DNA of 64,000 nucleotides from positions 17,670,001-17,734,000 of the forward strand of contig NC_092353.1 of the NCBI RefSeq assembly GCF_963676685.1, given 5' to 3'. The stretch comes from Mytilus edulis. Lineage: Eukaryota. The position numbers and the translations under genes were made by a program. Below, piece after piece: positions 38,881 to 52,364 of this stretch. The notes below the pieces were generated by a model. It saw only the letters and a program-made list of their open reading frames with translations, was not told the DNA's origin and ran no database searches. How positions within the stretch are numbered: the first letter of the stretch is position 1; every line of letters starts with the position of its first letter.

Positions 38881-39448
38881 CTTCCAGGTTTATTATATTC
38901 CATATATTTAAATCTATATGATGCAGTGACTCTCCACTATGTAGGCGCGTTTGATGTGTTTGAGCTTTTGATATCATCTTTTGATTAGGGACTGTCCTTT
39001 TTGCATTTTCCTTGGAGTTCAGTATTTTTGTGATTTTACTTTTGACTGGTCGGTGTACATTATGACATTGTATAAAGGAGAAACTAAGGAAAGTTAAATC
39101 CATAAATAAGAGATATTTGGGCTTACTGGAGTACAAACTTCCCGTTTTGTAGCTACTCTTAATGAGGAAAACCCGTTTGATTAAACGGTTATAGGGGTGT
39201 AACAATACATAACCGCGTACGGTATGATGTGAGAATTCACTCATGTTTATCTGATGTCGTCTTGGATAAGAATAACGTAGTTGTTGCAGTGACACAGGAC
39301 AAGAAACAAACGATCAAAATACAAGAATTACCAAACACACACACCGATGTATTGTTTTTTTTAGTTTAAATAATGATAATTGTTTCGAAATGTCAAACAT
39401 ATGTATACTTATCTAATTAAGCATTCCTTGATTTTTAACTTTACTAGC

Positions 39449-40624
39449 ATGGCTTCATACGAAGAACACATACCAGAACAACAACTCATTTCATTTAATG
39501 ATGATGATATTCAAAGCAATAGCGTTGTGAAAACTTCTGACACCAAATCGACAGGTTTTAGTTCAGATGAGAACAAAACTCCTGTCAAAGACCTGACTAA
39601 TCCAACGGAAGAAGAAATCTTTAGCACTAAATTGTCAGATATTTCCACCCCAAAGAAGTCTAGCCAGCTTCCGTGCAATGCAGATGGTACTAGAGAGAAC
39701 ACAACAAAAACGGGTGTAACTGTAGAGGAAAAACATTCAACTTCGTTTAAGGTTTTTCAGTATGTTGGTCCGGATCCTATTGATTGGGTAATAAAATTTG
39801 ATCCAAGTTTTGCAATTACAGAAATTATTCTTATTAATTCAACTAAAGCCTTGTTTTTCAACACGTTAAAACTGATGCTCATTGACATAGAACAACGAAC
39901 TGTGCTTGGTGAATACAACATGGAAGAATATTGTTTCACTGATGTACAATATGTTGATGATGACCGTGTTTTATTCAGAGACTTGATGGAAAACAAAGTA
40001 GTTCAATTCGATTTAGAAACAAAAACATCACATAATTTGATAGATGTAAATTATGATTCCAATGATACTTTTCGACATAAGATTAATGGGTACATGGTTA
40101 GGAAATCAGGAGACATTATTTTATTTGTCACAAAGAAAGAAAACCGCGCACTTTTGTCACGATATGTATCGTATATTCAACTGTACATTATCAACGGTAG
40201 CTTTGTTCGTGAGAAAAAATGTCAACAAGATGACAAAAACGTTATTGGGGATGTTGTGGCAACTGTTGAAAGTATAAACGGGAATGTATGCGTGATAGCA
40301 GAAAAAGGTACTGATGCGAATTCAAAATATGTAGTGGTGCTTGATTCTAATTTTGAATTGAAGTTCTGTTATGAAGGCAACACACTCGATGGTTCGACCT
40401 TTCTCCCTACGTCCATTGCAACAAGTAGCAATAACAATATATTTGTATTACACAGAATAAGTGAAATAGAAGTCATTGATGAAAGAGGAAAATTTATTGG
40501 ATATATTCCTACAAATTCAATCCTTCCAGATGGCCAACCTTGTAGAATTGCTATAAACAGCGATAATAAAGCTTGGGTGGTTACCACGTACGGTAAAATT
40601 GTGTGTTTACAACTTGGATGTTAA
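39449..40624 (+). CDS. Propeller family gene E (391 aa), lacks the Cys loop
   Basis: Acceptor tttactag ends at 39447, ATG at 39449 (MASYEEH...). VRKSGDIIL, ESINGNVCVI, FLPTSIATS, VIDERGKF and IAINSDNKAWV align with gene D. Confidence 0.88.
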   Translation: MASYEEHIPEQQLISFNDDDIQSNSVVKTSDTKSTGFSSDENKTPVKDLTNPTEEEIFSTKLSDISTPKKSSQLPCNADGTRENTTKTGVTVEEKHSTSFKVFQYVGPDPIDWVIKFDPSFAITEIILINSTKALFFNTLKLMLIDIEQRTVLGEYNMEEYCFTDVQYVDDDRVLFRDLMENKVVQFDLETKTSHNLIDVNYDSNDTFRHKINGYMVRKSGDIILFVTKKENRALLSRYVSYIQLYIINGSFVREKKCQQDDKNVIGDVVATVESINGNVCVIAEKGTDANSKYVVVLDSNFELKFCYEGNTLDGSTFLPTSIATSSNNNIFVLHRISEIEVIDERGKFIGYIPTNSILPDGQPCRIAINSDNKAWVVTTYGKIVCLQLGC

Positions 40625-42784
40625 TTCAGTTAAAAACAATTCCAAATGTTTGCACTTATTTCCATATGTTGGTTGGCATTGTCTTCCTTGATCTGTAATT
40701 ATTCGAGCACATATTCACAATCGTCGCTAAAGCTATGCTTCCTTGAACCCTTAGTGCACCTGCAATGACGAAATATTTAAATCATTGTAAGCTATTTACT
40801 TTTGCTTATACAGCTAAAAAAAATTATAAAATAATACATAAGAAAGAATGATAACGAAAATGTTTGGAAATAGTTAACTTAATCAACCATCATCACACAA
40901 CATATTCAAAATATGCATACAACCAAAAAACAAACCAAAACAACATTTGGTACAGCCTGACATGGTATAAGCACAAAATGTTTCAAATAGTTTTGACTGT
41001 CATAAAACAGGAAAAATAAAAAATATAGCAACACTACTAGAATTTATTCCATTTAATGATTTTTTTTTCTTAACTTCCATAGCTTGGTCTCCATTCATTG
41101 ATTTTGGTGGGGTTTGTGTGTTGCTTAGTCTTTAGTTTTCTATGTTGTGTCTTGCATACTATTATTTGTCTGTTTATTGTTTTCTTTTTTAGCCATGGCG
41201 TTGTCGATCTATGAGTTTGACTATCCCTTTGGTATCTTTCGCCCCTCTTTCATTGCAAATCAGCAACATTTACCATGATCTACATTAAAAGTCGTCCTGG
41301 CCTTTATAATTTCTACATATACCCCAGAAACACAGACAATCGGACATCCACCAAGCACGTGCCATGCGAAACAAGTGTCATAATAATTATCTCTAAAGCA
41401 AGAGAGAAATTTGATAGTAAATGGGAATTAATTAAAAACTTAGTTCACATGTGAGGAGAGATCTTTCTATTTTGTACTTACTTAAGGCTTTATAATAGTT
41501 CATGTAGAATTAATAATATGTTGATGCACATCACAACTGGACAGCGATTTGTGTGCATCTTAAAAGTACTATCTATGTTTATTGATATTGTTATATATAT
41601 TGATATACTAGTTTTTGTTTGATTGTATTTGAATTATCTCCCCTTGACTTAGGTTGACATTTATTATGTGATTCTGTCCAACATGTTATCTGTTAATGAT
41701 CTCTGGTGGCCTCTCCTGGTACCTCTCATGTTCAACATCATTGTATAGGCAGTGATGCATGTGGCTAGAGGAGAAGGCGGATGCCATCATTAACCTTATC
41801 AGCATATTCAGGTATTCTAATCCAGAGTGATAAAGGATGTGTATGATCGAGTAGAAAATTTAGAACAATTAGCATAACTAACTTTTTAAGTTTACACTGT
41901 TATTGAAAAATTTAATATCAATACATGTATTATGAATTAACTATATAATTATGTATCACAATACTTGGTGTGTTTTCAGATGAAATAAAAATGATTAATG
42001 ATTTGTTTACTTTTAAGACTCGCACTATTTGATGCCCAAACGTGTTGACAAGCTTTAAACTATTTCCAAAAACATGCATAATAAATGATATAAACAGTAT
42101 AACTTTTAACAAAGTAATTTCTTATTTGCTCATTTATGGAAGCCACATAGTTTAATATAAAATGTTAAGTAGCCACCTTACTGTAAAACGTTGGATAACC
42201 ATCTAACTGTAAAAAGTAAATACAATTATGAGTTTCTTTATCTTATGTTACAATTTTTTTAAAACAGCCTTGTTATTTAGGATTGTGATAACTGCACCTT
42301 TATTGTACGAAAAGAGCAATCCAGCTGTATTTTTTAAGCTAACCTCATACAATTTGCTGACCCTGACCTTGTAGTAAATTATATACGGAGAATGTCTTCC
42401 TGTTTGTTGTTAGAGGTCATGTTCTCCACTTAAGACAATACATATACAGGAAAGAAAACATCATCATTTTGTTTAAATTGTGTTTTAATTTGGGTTTTTT
42501 TAAACTTAATTTTGCACAAATTAAGTGTTTCTATCTTCTTCGTTATATATTGAGAGTTCGAAAATAGTATCAAATGATTCTTATTTTACTAAAGTTTGTG
42601 GCACGGATGTTGGTAGATTGAAAATCTCTAAGCGTAATCACTGTGTCCATTAGCAAGCGTATTTCAAATGATGCAATAATGAATGTTAGCTTCCCATTTC
42701 ATAAAATTATGTTATTGAGCTCAATTTAACAAGCATTCTGATTAAACTACATATGCTATACAATGTTTTCTCTCAGTTTTCTTG

Positions 42785-43790
42785 ATTGACAACATTATAT
42801 GTTACGTTTGGAGGACGTGTTTTCAATAAACAATCGACCTTCCCATGTAAACAAACTGTACTCCTCATCTTGTCAATTTGTTCCTTTGTTCATTTGCGAA
42901 TGACCTCATACAGGAACCTCTAAGGAAAAAAGAAACGAAGTAGTACCCTTTAATTTCATTTTACGCTATATAGATGATGTTCTCTAACTAAATAATTCAA
43001 AACTTGTGTGGCTTTGATGAACACATCTATCACATCGAACTTGAGATAAAGATGCAACAGACAGTTAGCTTTATATATCAACTCAAATTAAGAAATTAAT
43101 ATTAAATGAAATAATTGTCGGTTGGAAAGAAATCTTTACGACAAGAGAGGATTTTAGTTGCTTCCCAATTGTGAACTTTACATGTCTGTGTAGCAATATT
43201 CCAGCAACACCGGCATATGAAGTATATATCTCACAGTTGTGTTTCCTATGATGATATCATTTATAGTGTTGCTGCTCATAAGGAAGCTATTAAACCAAAA
43301 TTGTTCAGTGATAAAGTTGCAATTATCCCTTTGTATTTAACGGACGCCATCACAAGTTGGTTGACAGTTTTGGAACATGTTTAACAGATGGCACCGGATA
43401 TGTTCTAATTGTCGTAATTAAAATATCGTCCCCGTCCCAAGAATGTGACCTCCCACATAAAGCATATCACCGAGTGGGTACTTCCCAAGAAAGTGACCTA
43501 CCACATTATACATATCACCGAGTGGGTACTTGCATGAGCAACATGACGGATGCCACATGTGGAGCAGGATTTGCTTACCCTCCCGGACTTTTTGGTTGGG
43601 TTTGTGATAATTAGTTTTTCTCTCTATTGTTTTGTGTACTACTGTTTGCTTGTCTTTTCTTTTTGGGCCATGGAGTAAACATTATTGAGGTAATTAACCA
43701 ACGTTACGAAAAGCTAACGATATCTTTGGCTATTTGTCTGTTTATTTTCGACTAATGAATTTAAATGTCACTTTGGTAACATTCGTCTCT
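42785..43790 (+). mobile_element. Penelope-like element RT relic with 3' region
   Basis: Decayed VTFGGRVFQ.TIDLPM.TNCTPHL, RYIDDVL.LNNSK, YDKREDF...FPIVNFTCLCSNIPATPAYEVYISQL. Confidence 0.8.
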
Positions 43791-43954
43791 CTTGCAATGC
43801 TGGCATTTGACACATGTACAGTTGTGTTAGACGGGCATCAATAAGTTGCTGCTGGTGAAAATTTTCTCAACCCCGACAAAATTCATACTAGATCTGTATT
43901 ACTTATGATATGAATGTGTATATAGTATTAGTCCAATAGATAGAAGCATTACAG

Positions 43955-44681
43955 AACTAGATGTGTCAAAGCGACACGAATGGCCCCGTCTCAAAAAATT
44001 TTAAAATCTGCAATTTCAATAACACATGTGGACACAAACATGATGGTAGTCTCACATATCAAAAATCAGCTCAAAATTTGGAGGCGTGTCCATGTAACTG
44101 TGATTTTCAACAATTTTCAAAGTTGTAAACCCTTAATTTTGGCAAAAATTAGCGGAGCGGAACGAAACTTAAACTTGATCTGTAACTCATCATGATTAGC
44201 TCACATACCAAAAATCAGCCCAATATCTGAAAGTGTTTAGAAAAAAAATCCGTATAACTGCGATTTTCAACAATTTATCAAAGTCCATAGCCCGTAATTT
44301 TGGCAAAAACTAGCCGAGCGGAACAAAACTGAAACCTGATCTGTAACTCATCTTGGTTAACTAACATGCCAAAAATATCTGAGAGCGTTTAGAAAAAAAA
44401 TCTGTGTAACTGTGATTTTCAACAATTTATCAAAGTCCAAAGCCCGTAATTTCGGCAAAAATTAGCGGAGCGGAACGAAACTTAAACTTGATCTAACAGT
44501 AACTCATCGTGGTTAACTCACATACCAACAATCAGCCCAATATCTGAAGGCGTTTGGGAAAAAAAAAACTCCGTATAATGGTTTGTTGCGGAATGACGGA
44601 ATGACAGAATTACGGAATTTCGGAATTACGGACAAGGGTAAAACTATATGGCACCGACAACTTCGTTGCGGGCCATAAAAA
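43955..44681 (-). mobile_element. Helentron-associated interspersed element (HINE) with central tandem array
   Basis: On the minus strand: T-rich start, subterminal IR (atggcc...ggccat), ttccgtca-type microsatellite, about 3 central repeats of 152-160 bp and a 3' hairpin gtgtc-gcttt-gacac before ctagtt. Confidence 0.8.
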
Positions 44682-45122
44682 TTAAAAGCGTAAGTATAAA
44701 CGATACACTTTGATTTATATTGGCCAATAAATAATTGGGCCAATGTTCCATTAGTTAGTTCTGATATAGAGTTTATGAAACATCCGCCTTTATCCGAATG
44801 ATCAAACAAATGTAACCGCAAATTTATCCTGAACAAAAGAATACCAATGTAACAATGATATAGCACTTGTTCTGACTAGTTTGTTAAATTGATCCTCTGC
44901 GTGAATTACAACACGGTACAGGGGAGGCAAGCGAAGCAAAAATATTCAACCCAAAATTGTAAGATCTACAAAATAAGTCAACATTTCTCAATAGGGGTTA
45001 TTGTCCTGGAATGATGTTTTTTTACCTTGTTTTGAATTTTTGTTCATCATAGTACTGTTTTAAAAAAGCATATAAAGTCATTATGAAATATAGAAAATTA
45101 ATGGCAAAATAACTTTTTAGGT

Positions 45123-45144
45123 TAACCCTAACCCTAACCCTAAC
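45123..45144 (+). repeat. Short interstitial telomere-type repeat (TAACCC)3.5
   Basis: taaccctaaccctaaccctaac. Confidence 0.7.
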
Positions 45145-47360
45145 TTGTTCGTAGTTCTTTCTAGTCAGATATCTATGAAAACGTTAAGATTGGTCATGAG
45201 TTTACTCCCTTTAGCTTCAATGTAGGATACATTTCAAAAACAAAGATCCAAAATTTCCGCGCAGTACATATCCTTTGGCAATAGTGTCTAGAAACTGAGA
45301 ATGTTTTTGACAAACAATTGTTAACTGCTCTTTAAATTATAAATCTATTTATTTTACTGGTTACAAAAATTTGAATTTTGAAATACTAAGGCTGTTTGTT
45401 CTTCCTCATGAAATCCGAATAGATTACTTTCGCTGTAATTGGCAAACAGTTACGAATTTTTGGTCCTCAAAGCTCTTCAACTTTGTACTTTATTTGGCCT
45501 TTTTAACTTGTTTTATTCGAGAAAAGTGCGTCTGGCACAAATACAAAATTTCAATCCTGCATGGTATCTATGATGAGTTTATTTAAATCAACCCCCACTT
45601 GTACATGTATATCATACATGTATATTACACTAAAATAATGACGCAATGACTTTTGTGTTTTGATTTACCGTCAAGAATTATTTTTGCTCACTTTTTAAGT
45701 TTTGATCAATGATTTCTATTGTATTTGGTTTAAGGTCAACCCTTGTTGTTTATATTTTGTTAAACAGTTTTTATTAGTAGTACGACCTGAAATTTCAAAA
45801 GCATTACTCTATTCGTTTTGAAAACATATGATAAAATATCTCTGTACTGTTTTATCTTATGGTTTATGAAAAATAAAGATTATTATTGATAATGATATCA
45901 GTTGCAGCTAGTAAAATGGATTTTTTTGAATAATTAATTAAGGAAATTGGATACTATTACAAACAATATTGTAAAACATAATGATGCCAAACCAGTCATT
46001 CGTGAAAAGAACAACTTTTTCAAGGAAATTTGCAAGTAGTTTGGTTATAACAAGGACATGAATAGTGATACTTTACAAATCCTTGGTCATAGCATTATCT
46101 ATTAATTTGTAAGTCACAGTCAAAACGTAATATACACTTTTAAACAACATTTTGTTGAGCAATATTCTCATGAAATACTTTTTTACGTCTATTTGATTTT
46201 TTGAAATTGATGTTTCAAAACATTCCAGCTATTTATCTTTGTAGATTTTTTAAATATGACTGTATTTAATGATATAAAAAACTTCGTTTCAATACACTTC
46301 TTTGGGGAATAAATCGATTTTAATTTCATGCGCAAGTGCTTTGTAAATTTTCACGAATCGATTTCATCAATCAAAACTAATTATTGGATCAAACAATAAT
46401 TAACTTTAAAATGATTGCAAAGAATAATCTATTTTCACCACTTTATAAACCTAAGTACCATTGTGCAACTATTGACAGTTGCCAATAACGGGTATTTGCA
46501 TAGATTCGAATTTCAAATTTCATTGTTGATGCAAACTAAAAATTTGAAGGTTTTATTCAATATATAACAGAAGTTTACTTTAATCATTTATTATATGTTA
46601 TTCTATTTTATTTTATTTTAATTTTATTCATTATTATATTATTTTTTTGGTACTGTGGGAATATTTGAATTTAAGAACAGAAATATTTTGCCTTTTGCCA
46701 ATACTTGACCCGCTACTCCTTGTACTGAGAGCAACAAGCTCTATGCACGTTGAAAAATCTTCGTAACATCTACATGTATTAGAGGAGAATGAAGGTGCTA
46801 AAAAACAAAATTTCAAACCCATCCTATCAAGTGTCCAGTGGTAATTTTAATTCCTAACGAACATCTTGGTCGAACAACTCTATCAATACAGTAGCTGGAA
46901 TATATTGTCAAAGGGTTCTCGTTCTGAATATCATTGAATATTAGACGTTTTAAAATTATTTGCACAAATCAATATTTTACAGTATACCATCAAAATGTAC
47001 AGTAACTGCATCGGTACATGCTATTGTTGGTGATTTTTTGTGGTCTAATTTTGCATCGAATGACATCGCTTACCAAAACGAATTAATATTTATTTGAAAG
47101 GGAATACTTCCAGCTTGCACAAGTTTGGTTTTTGTTTACAATGTCCTTTAATATAATTGTTTTTTTTTCTTGAAATATCAAAAATTTATCTTAAATCTCT
47201 GGCATTCTTCAGGCATTTATAATTTTAAGTTCTGTTTAGAAACAATTCAAAGTATTAGTAGAAAATCAAATACACACTTCGGGATGAGATACTATGAATG
47301 TATGTTAAGACATTTTAAACATTATTACCCTTGTGTGATAAAGGTTTAGGTTTAATTGGC

Positions 47361-47870
47361 CTTAGCTGTCAGTTAACTGCGAGTACTCTCAGATCTGTTC
47401 CTAGTGTCTTTTTGCTGTTGGGATGTACAAGTACCTGGCCACGTCCACTTGTATTTTTGTCCATCTGATGAGTTAAGCCTTTTTCAACTTATTTTTATAG
47501 TTCGTTCTTATGTTGTATTATTATACCACTGTCCCAGGTTAGGGGAGGGTTGGGATCCCGCTAACATGTTTAACCCCGCCACATTATGTATGTATGTGCC
47601 TGGCCTAAGTCAGGAGCCTGTAATTCAGTGGTTGCCGTTTGTTTATGTGTTACATATTTGTTTTTTGTTAAAAAAAAATGTATATAAATAAAGCCGTTAG
47701 TTTTCTCGTTTGAATTGTTTTACATTGTCATTTCGGAGCCTTTTATAGCTGATATGCTGGCTTTGCTCATTGTTGAAGGCCGTAAGGTGACCTATAGTTG
47801 TTAATTTCTGTGTCATGTTGGTCTCTGGTGGGGAGTTGTCTCATTGGCAATCATACCACATCTTCTTTGT
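47361..47870. mobile_element. Inverted copy of the 17105-17660 repeat
   Basis: Direct reverse-complement similarity. Confidence 0.85.
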
Positions 47871-49540
47871 TATACATATTCCTTTATTTACAATTTATCT
47901 GCACATTAGAGCCGATTTATTACCCCTAATGATACACTAACAGACATTTTGCATTGCTGATACCCGTATTTTTTTAAGCCTAAGCACCCTTTTTTATCTT
48001 GTTGCTTGGTTGCTGTCTAATTGACGTAAACAAATATATATATTTACACGGTTTTTTCTCATTGTTAGGTGTATGCATGTCCTTGTGAAACTGGATTTGT
48101 ACTCACTATAATGTTTAAACACTCCAATAATGATAAGCTGCTTGCGGTTTTTTTATGAGGTAAAATACATTGATCACAAAGCTAATGAAGTATATATACT
48201 AGTACTTAATTTGGTTTATTACAGCAATGGTATATCTTAATCGAAAATATTTTAAAGTCCTTTTTAACTAGGATTAGGTTGCATTTTTTGGCGGGATAAG
48301 TATCTTAAAGCATATATGACACTGTAAGTAATCGCTTGCCGCTTCGTGTAAAGATCGACATTGCGATTATGATTATTGTATGTTTAAGATTTTTCAAGAC
48401 CTCAAGATTAAATAGATATACTATAGACATAATACATGTGTTATATGAGGTCATATTGAAATAAATATATCATCATGTAATGTGCATTTATGATATACAT
48501 GATATACATAAGTACATATGCATGTAAATATATACACGTCAATAATTAAACAATGAACCAATTTCTTTGATTAAGGTAAACAATAGTTTAGTATTTTACT
48601 ACGTCACAATCAGGCTAGACACCTCCATTTTCTACTTATTAATTTACTTAACACAGGTTTCAGAACTATGGCGGTATTGTCCTCTCTCAGTCACAAAATA
48701 AATGTTAAAGTAACAAAATCAATACAAATACTTAATATTAAAAGCTTTGTATAAAATATATGTACAGTGTTGAAAATATTTAATGTGTTTATGCTTCCAG
48801 TTTCGTCAGTTACTATGATAGATAAAAGGGGCGATATTGACTTACAGATATAGATTCGTGTCCAACTATTTAAGACAAGAGCGTATAGTTATTAGCTTTT
48901 TATAAAGAAGGGGTATTTAATTATGTTCACGACTTATAAATATGTAATAAGTTTCTTAAGGTGAAATTGATTAACAGTTTAAGTTGTTTATTGATCGATG
49001 CAATCGATTTGTATCTTTTGTTGAACATCTCACGAAACGTCGTTCAAATTTAAATTCGTTTTCAAAAGCTTAAACAACGATAAAGGTGGATTAGAAAAGG
49101 ATAAGGAAATTTTCATTTCAGAGTGCATCTAAGGTATAATTAATGAGAATCTCATATCTCAGTTGTTGGACAAACTTTTATACTATGTACATAGCCTATC
49201 AATCGTTTCCTGGCTTCGATGAATATGCAGTTTTGTAGAGAGTGAAATTTAAAATTCCATCGTATCGTTGTTGAATGTTGTGCTGACATAAATAAACATT
49301 AATTTTGTTAAATCATAAATCTCGAAAAACTTCAATATTTGAATAACGAAATACATTTGAAAACAAATTAAACGTGGACTTAAGAATGAGTTTACACAAG
49401 GAGCGATATAGACCGTTAGTTTACCTTTCATCCGAACACATTTAATAACTAATCTAATAAGAAGTTTATTGTAAAGCGCTTATATGGTAGAAAAGTGAGT
49501 TGTTTGTATACTCTTACAGTAAATATAAATCATGTGAATA

Positions 49541-50161
49541 ATGTCTGTATCAACGTCCACGAGAGACTGGCAACAGAATGGATTATTCTCGCCAATCAAA
49601 ATCAAAACACCGCCGAAACCAGTGGTGAGAAAAAGACGAAGTTATTCACCATCTTGGATGAAACGGACAGAAGTAAAAAGAGAAGATCTGATGTCTAAAA
49701 AGCATGATCCATTTTCACCAAGACCTAGTGATATTGTGGCTGGATTGACAGGCCGAAGTCTGAAATCTCCAGTGATTGAAAGTGCTTCAAATCGCCATCA
49801 ACTATTAGAACAACAATATCAGGATCTACGGAAACTAATGGTAGATAGGAATGAACAAGAAAAAGTTCCAGAGGTGTCGGGGATATTTCAAAAAAGTGCT
49901 CAAACATTACATGTCAGATCAGCAACTGATAAGACGTCTAAATCTGGCAAATCTGTAAAATCTGGAAAGACATCCATATCCACACAGTCAGAGTTTTATT
50001 TAGGAGAGAGTCTATCTGTAAAAGATTTTTTACAAAGCAATGAATACGGTTCGGACCATTTTTCTAAACATTTATCGTGTGTTAAAAAATTAGCAAAGAG
50101 GTACCGCCGGAGTCGACAACCAAGAAGTAAATTCAAAACAGTGATAGAAATTTTTGAATGA
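49541..50161 (+). CDS. Uncharacterised basic, Ser/Lys/Arg-rich protein (206 aa), single coding exon
   Basis: Long ORF in AT-rich unique DNA; acceptor ctcttacag ends at 49519; AATAAA near 50246; natural-looking composition; no domain recognised. Confidence 0.75.
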   Translation: MSVSTSTRDWQQNGLFSPIKIKTPPKPVVRKRRSYSPSWMKRTEVKREDLMSKKHDPFSPRPSDIVAGLTGRSLKSPVIESASNRHQLLEQQYQDLRKLMVDRNEQEKVPEVSGIFQKSAQTLHVRSATDKTSKSGKSVKSGKTSISTQSEFYLGESLSVKDFLQSNEYGSDHFSKHLSCVKKLAKRYRRSRQPRSKFKTVIEIFE

Positions 50162-52364
50162 CTGGACGTTATAATTTGTTATTTATTTATCAAGGGATGT
50201 AGTTGTTATTCTTATCAATTGTGCTGCATTATGGAATTTGATAGAAATAAATGTTGTTAATTAAGATTTACGGTTCTTTATAGTTAAGGTAAGGAAGAAT
50301 ATCTACATGTAATATTAGTCTACAAGACATATTGCTATATGTTTCTTTATTATTTGCAACTACCGGTACACTTTATTACAAGAAGTCGCGAAAGATTCTA
50401 AAAAGACGATCAAAATTCAACTTCTACGTGGTGTTCACTTACCATGATGATCGGAAGAAAACCCGATATATACCCCACCATGTCAAATAACGAAAAAGAA
50501 ACAATAAACTCATTGCATTAATGACTTTTAGAAGACAATGCAAATCAGGATTGTCCATCTCATTTTGGTTTTATTGCAGAAAAATTAGAATATAATTCAT
50601 TAAAATATATCTTTAAAAAGAGAAACATCGAAATTACTTAGTATTGATAAACAATTACTGAATGCAACAAGCTAAGTATATAACCTAACGATTACAAAGT
50701 AAGGGGCATTGATTGTCGTCCAAACTGAGGAACATTGTTAACGAATACTTTAACTCATTGTTGACACATAGCGTTATAAATGCTTTAGTTATAAGAGTAC
50801 TAGTAAGATTATAATAACAATGTACATTGTACGTTCATGGAATAACAAATTCACTTAACTAAAAAGATTACAAGCCATAAACGAAACGATACCCGATTTT
50901 ATAAAAAAAAAAATATGTATTTTATTTCAACAGTGTTATTTGAGTTTTGGGTTTTATAATAGAACAGTAACATAAAAGCTTACAAACTTAACAAATAAAG
51001 AAAATAACAGATCACAATTCATTTACCGTACAGCATAGACTGTATGAAAATTTCGATGTCGAAACCAGAGTCGACGAGATGATAACGCGTATGACTAGCT
51101 CTTCAGTGTTATTCCACTTTTCCAGCAAGGCAGCTCTTAGCTGGTTGACGGACTATGTTAGCTATTACGTCTGCGAATAAGTTTGTCCCATAAATTTCAA
51201 TGGGTAAAATATGTTTTAAAAAATCAAGTTATGATATGCTAACTAATTGAGGGACATTTCTTCAAAAGGTCACTAGAACCACTAGCAATTTACCATAGAT
51301 CTGACTTAGTACAGGCACCATGCAATTAAAAGGGACTGGGCGATTCACTTTAAATTGCTCTAAAAGTTTTCATCGACAGGTATTCATTTTCACTTTTAAA
51401 TCTATATATCATCTCAGTTGAAACAAAACATAAATTAAATAAAGCCGCATAATTTTGAGATTTACTCAACTTAACGTCCAGTGTCAAATATTTCGTGCAT
51501 GTTCAGGATTAGAAAAATATAAATGATAAATGCAATATGTAAGTTCAGTAAATTTGGTCGATCGGGATAGAGAAATATAAGTTCAACTGCCACTGGAAAT
51601 ATGATGAACTTTTCCTCTCAACAGGCCACCGTCTGACCCCTCGTATTTGAAAGGATATCGTGGACAGAGGGTAAAGTTCTCTCAAGACGAGGCATAAGAT
51701 TTAACTTTCCATTCCGTCCAACCGTGGTTATATTCAGGCATTTTGTAAAGCCAAACGAACACCCAATCATAACCAGGGAGTTTTAATGTGTGGCGGTAGC
51801 AAATTTGCGACGATTCCTGCAAGCCCATGTAGCCTGTCATACCCCAAACATGACTTTGATTTAATATCTACAACAAGGTCGGAGACGACTACGTAAACAT
51901 ACAGATTACATTACATAACATTACATAAGCCTATAAATGTCTCAATGAGTTAAACGGGACAACAAACTATTGATAGTAAAAGTATTATAGACGGTGGAGT
52001 ATTATATACGACGGCAGATATTTAGGCCTAACGTATGATAAGAATTGTTAATCATCATAATACATCTGACGAAGGGGTCAAATTAACCTACTTAACACAT
52101 AAATAATATGTTTTGTTGTTGTTTTGTTTTCTTCGTTTGGTTGCTGTCCAATAAGCGCACGACTCACATTCCTGCAAATACAGCACCGATCGCGAGAAAT
52201 ATCTACTTTTCATCTTTTATGGGTGGACATAACCTATTTTCAGAAACCAACTATTTATATCAATGAAACAAGAAGATGTTTTTCAAAAGATTGTGTATTT
52301 GCATGTTTCCTATGATTTTCAATTGAAACAAATAGCCATGTAGACTACTTTAGTTTTAGTTGAA

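Noticed and set aside
38837-39295. 152-aa minus-strand ORF
   Set aside because: Runs across a LINE tail and a common repeat; no protein features.
9427-40587. Short minus-strand ORFs overlapping genes A-E and the LINE
   Set aside because: Antisense shadows of real coding sequence, with no independent motifs.
45123-45144. Chromosome fusion or telomere healing site
   Set aside because: Only about 3.5 units; such short tracts are commonly carried by repeats.
47455-47495. CTGATGA in the 550-bp repeat as a hammerhead
   Set aside because: No GAAA or stem III at a suitable distance.
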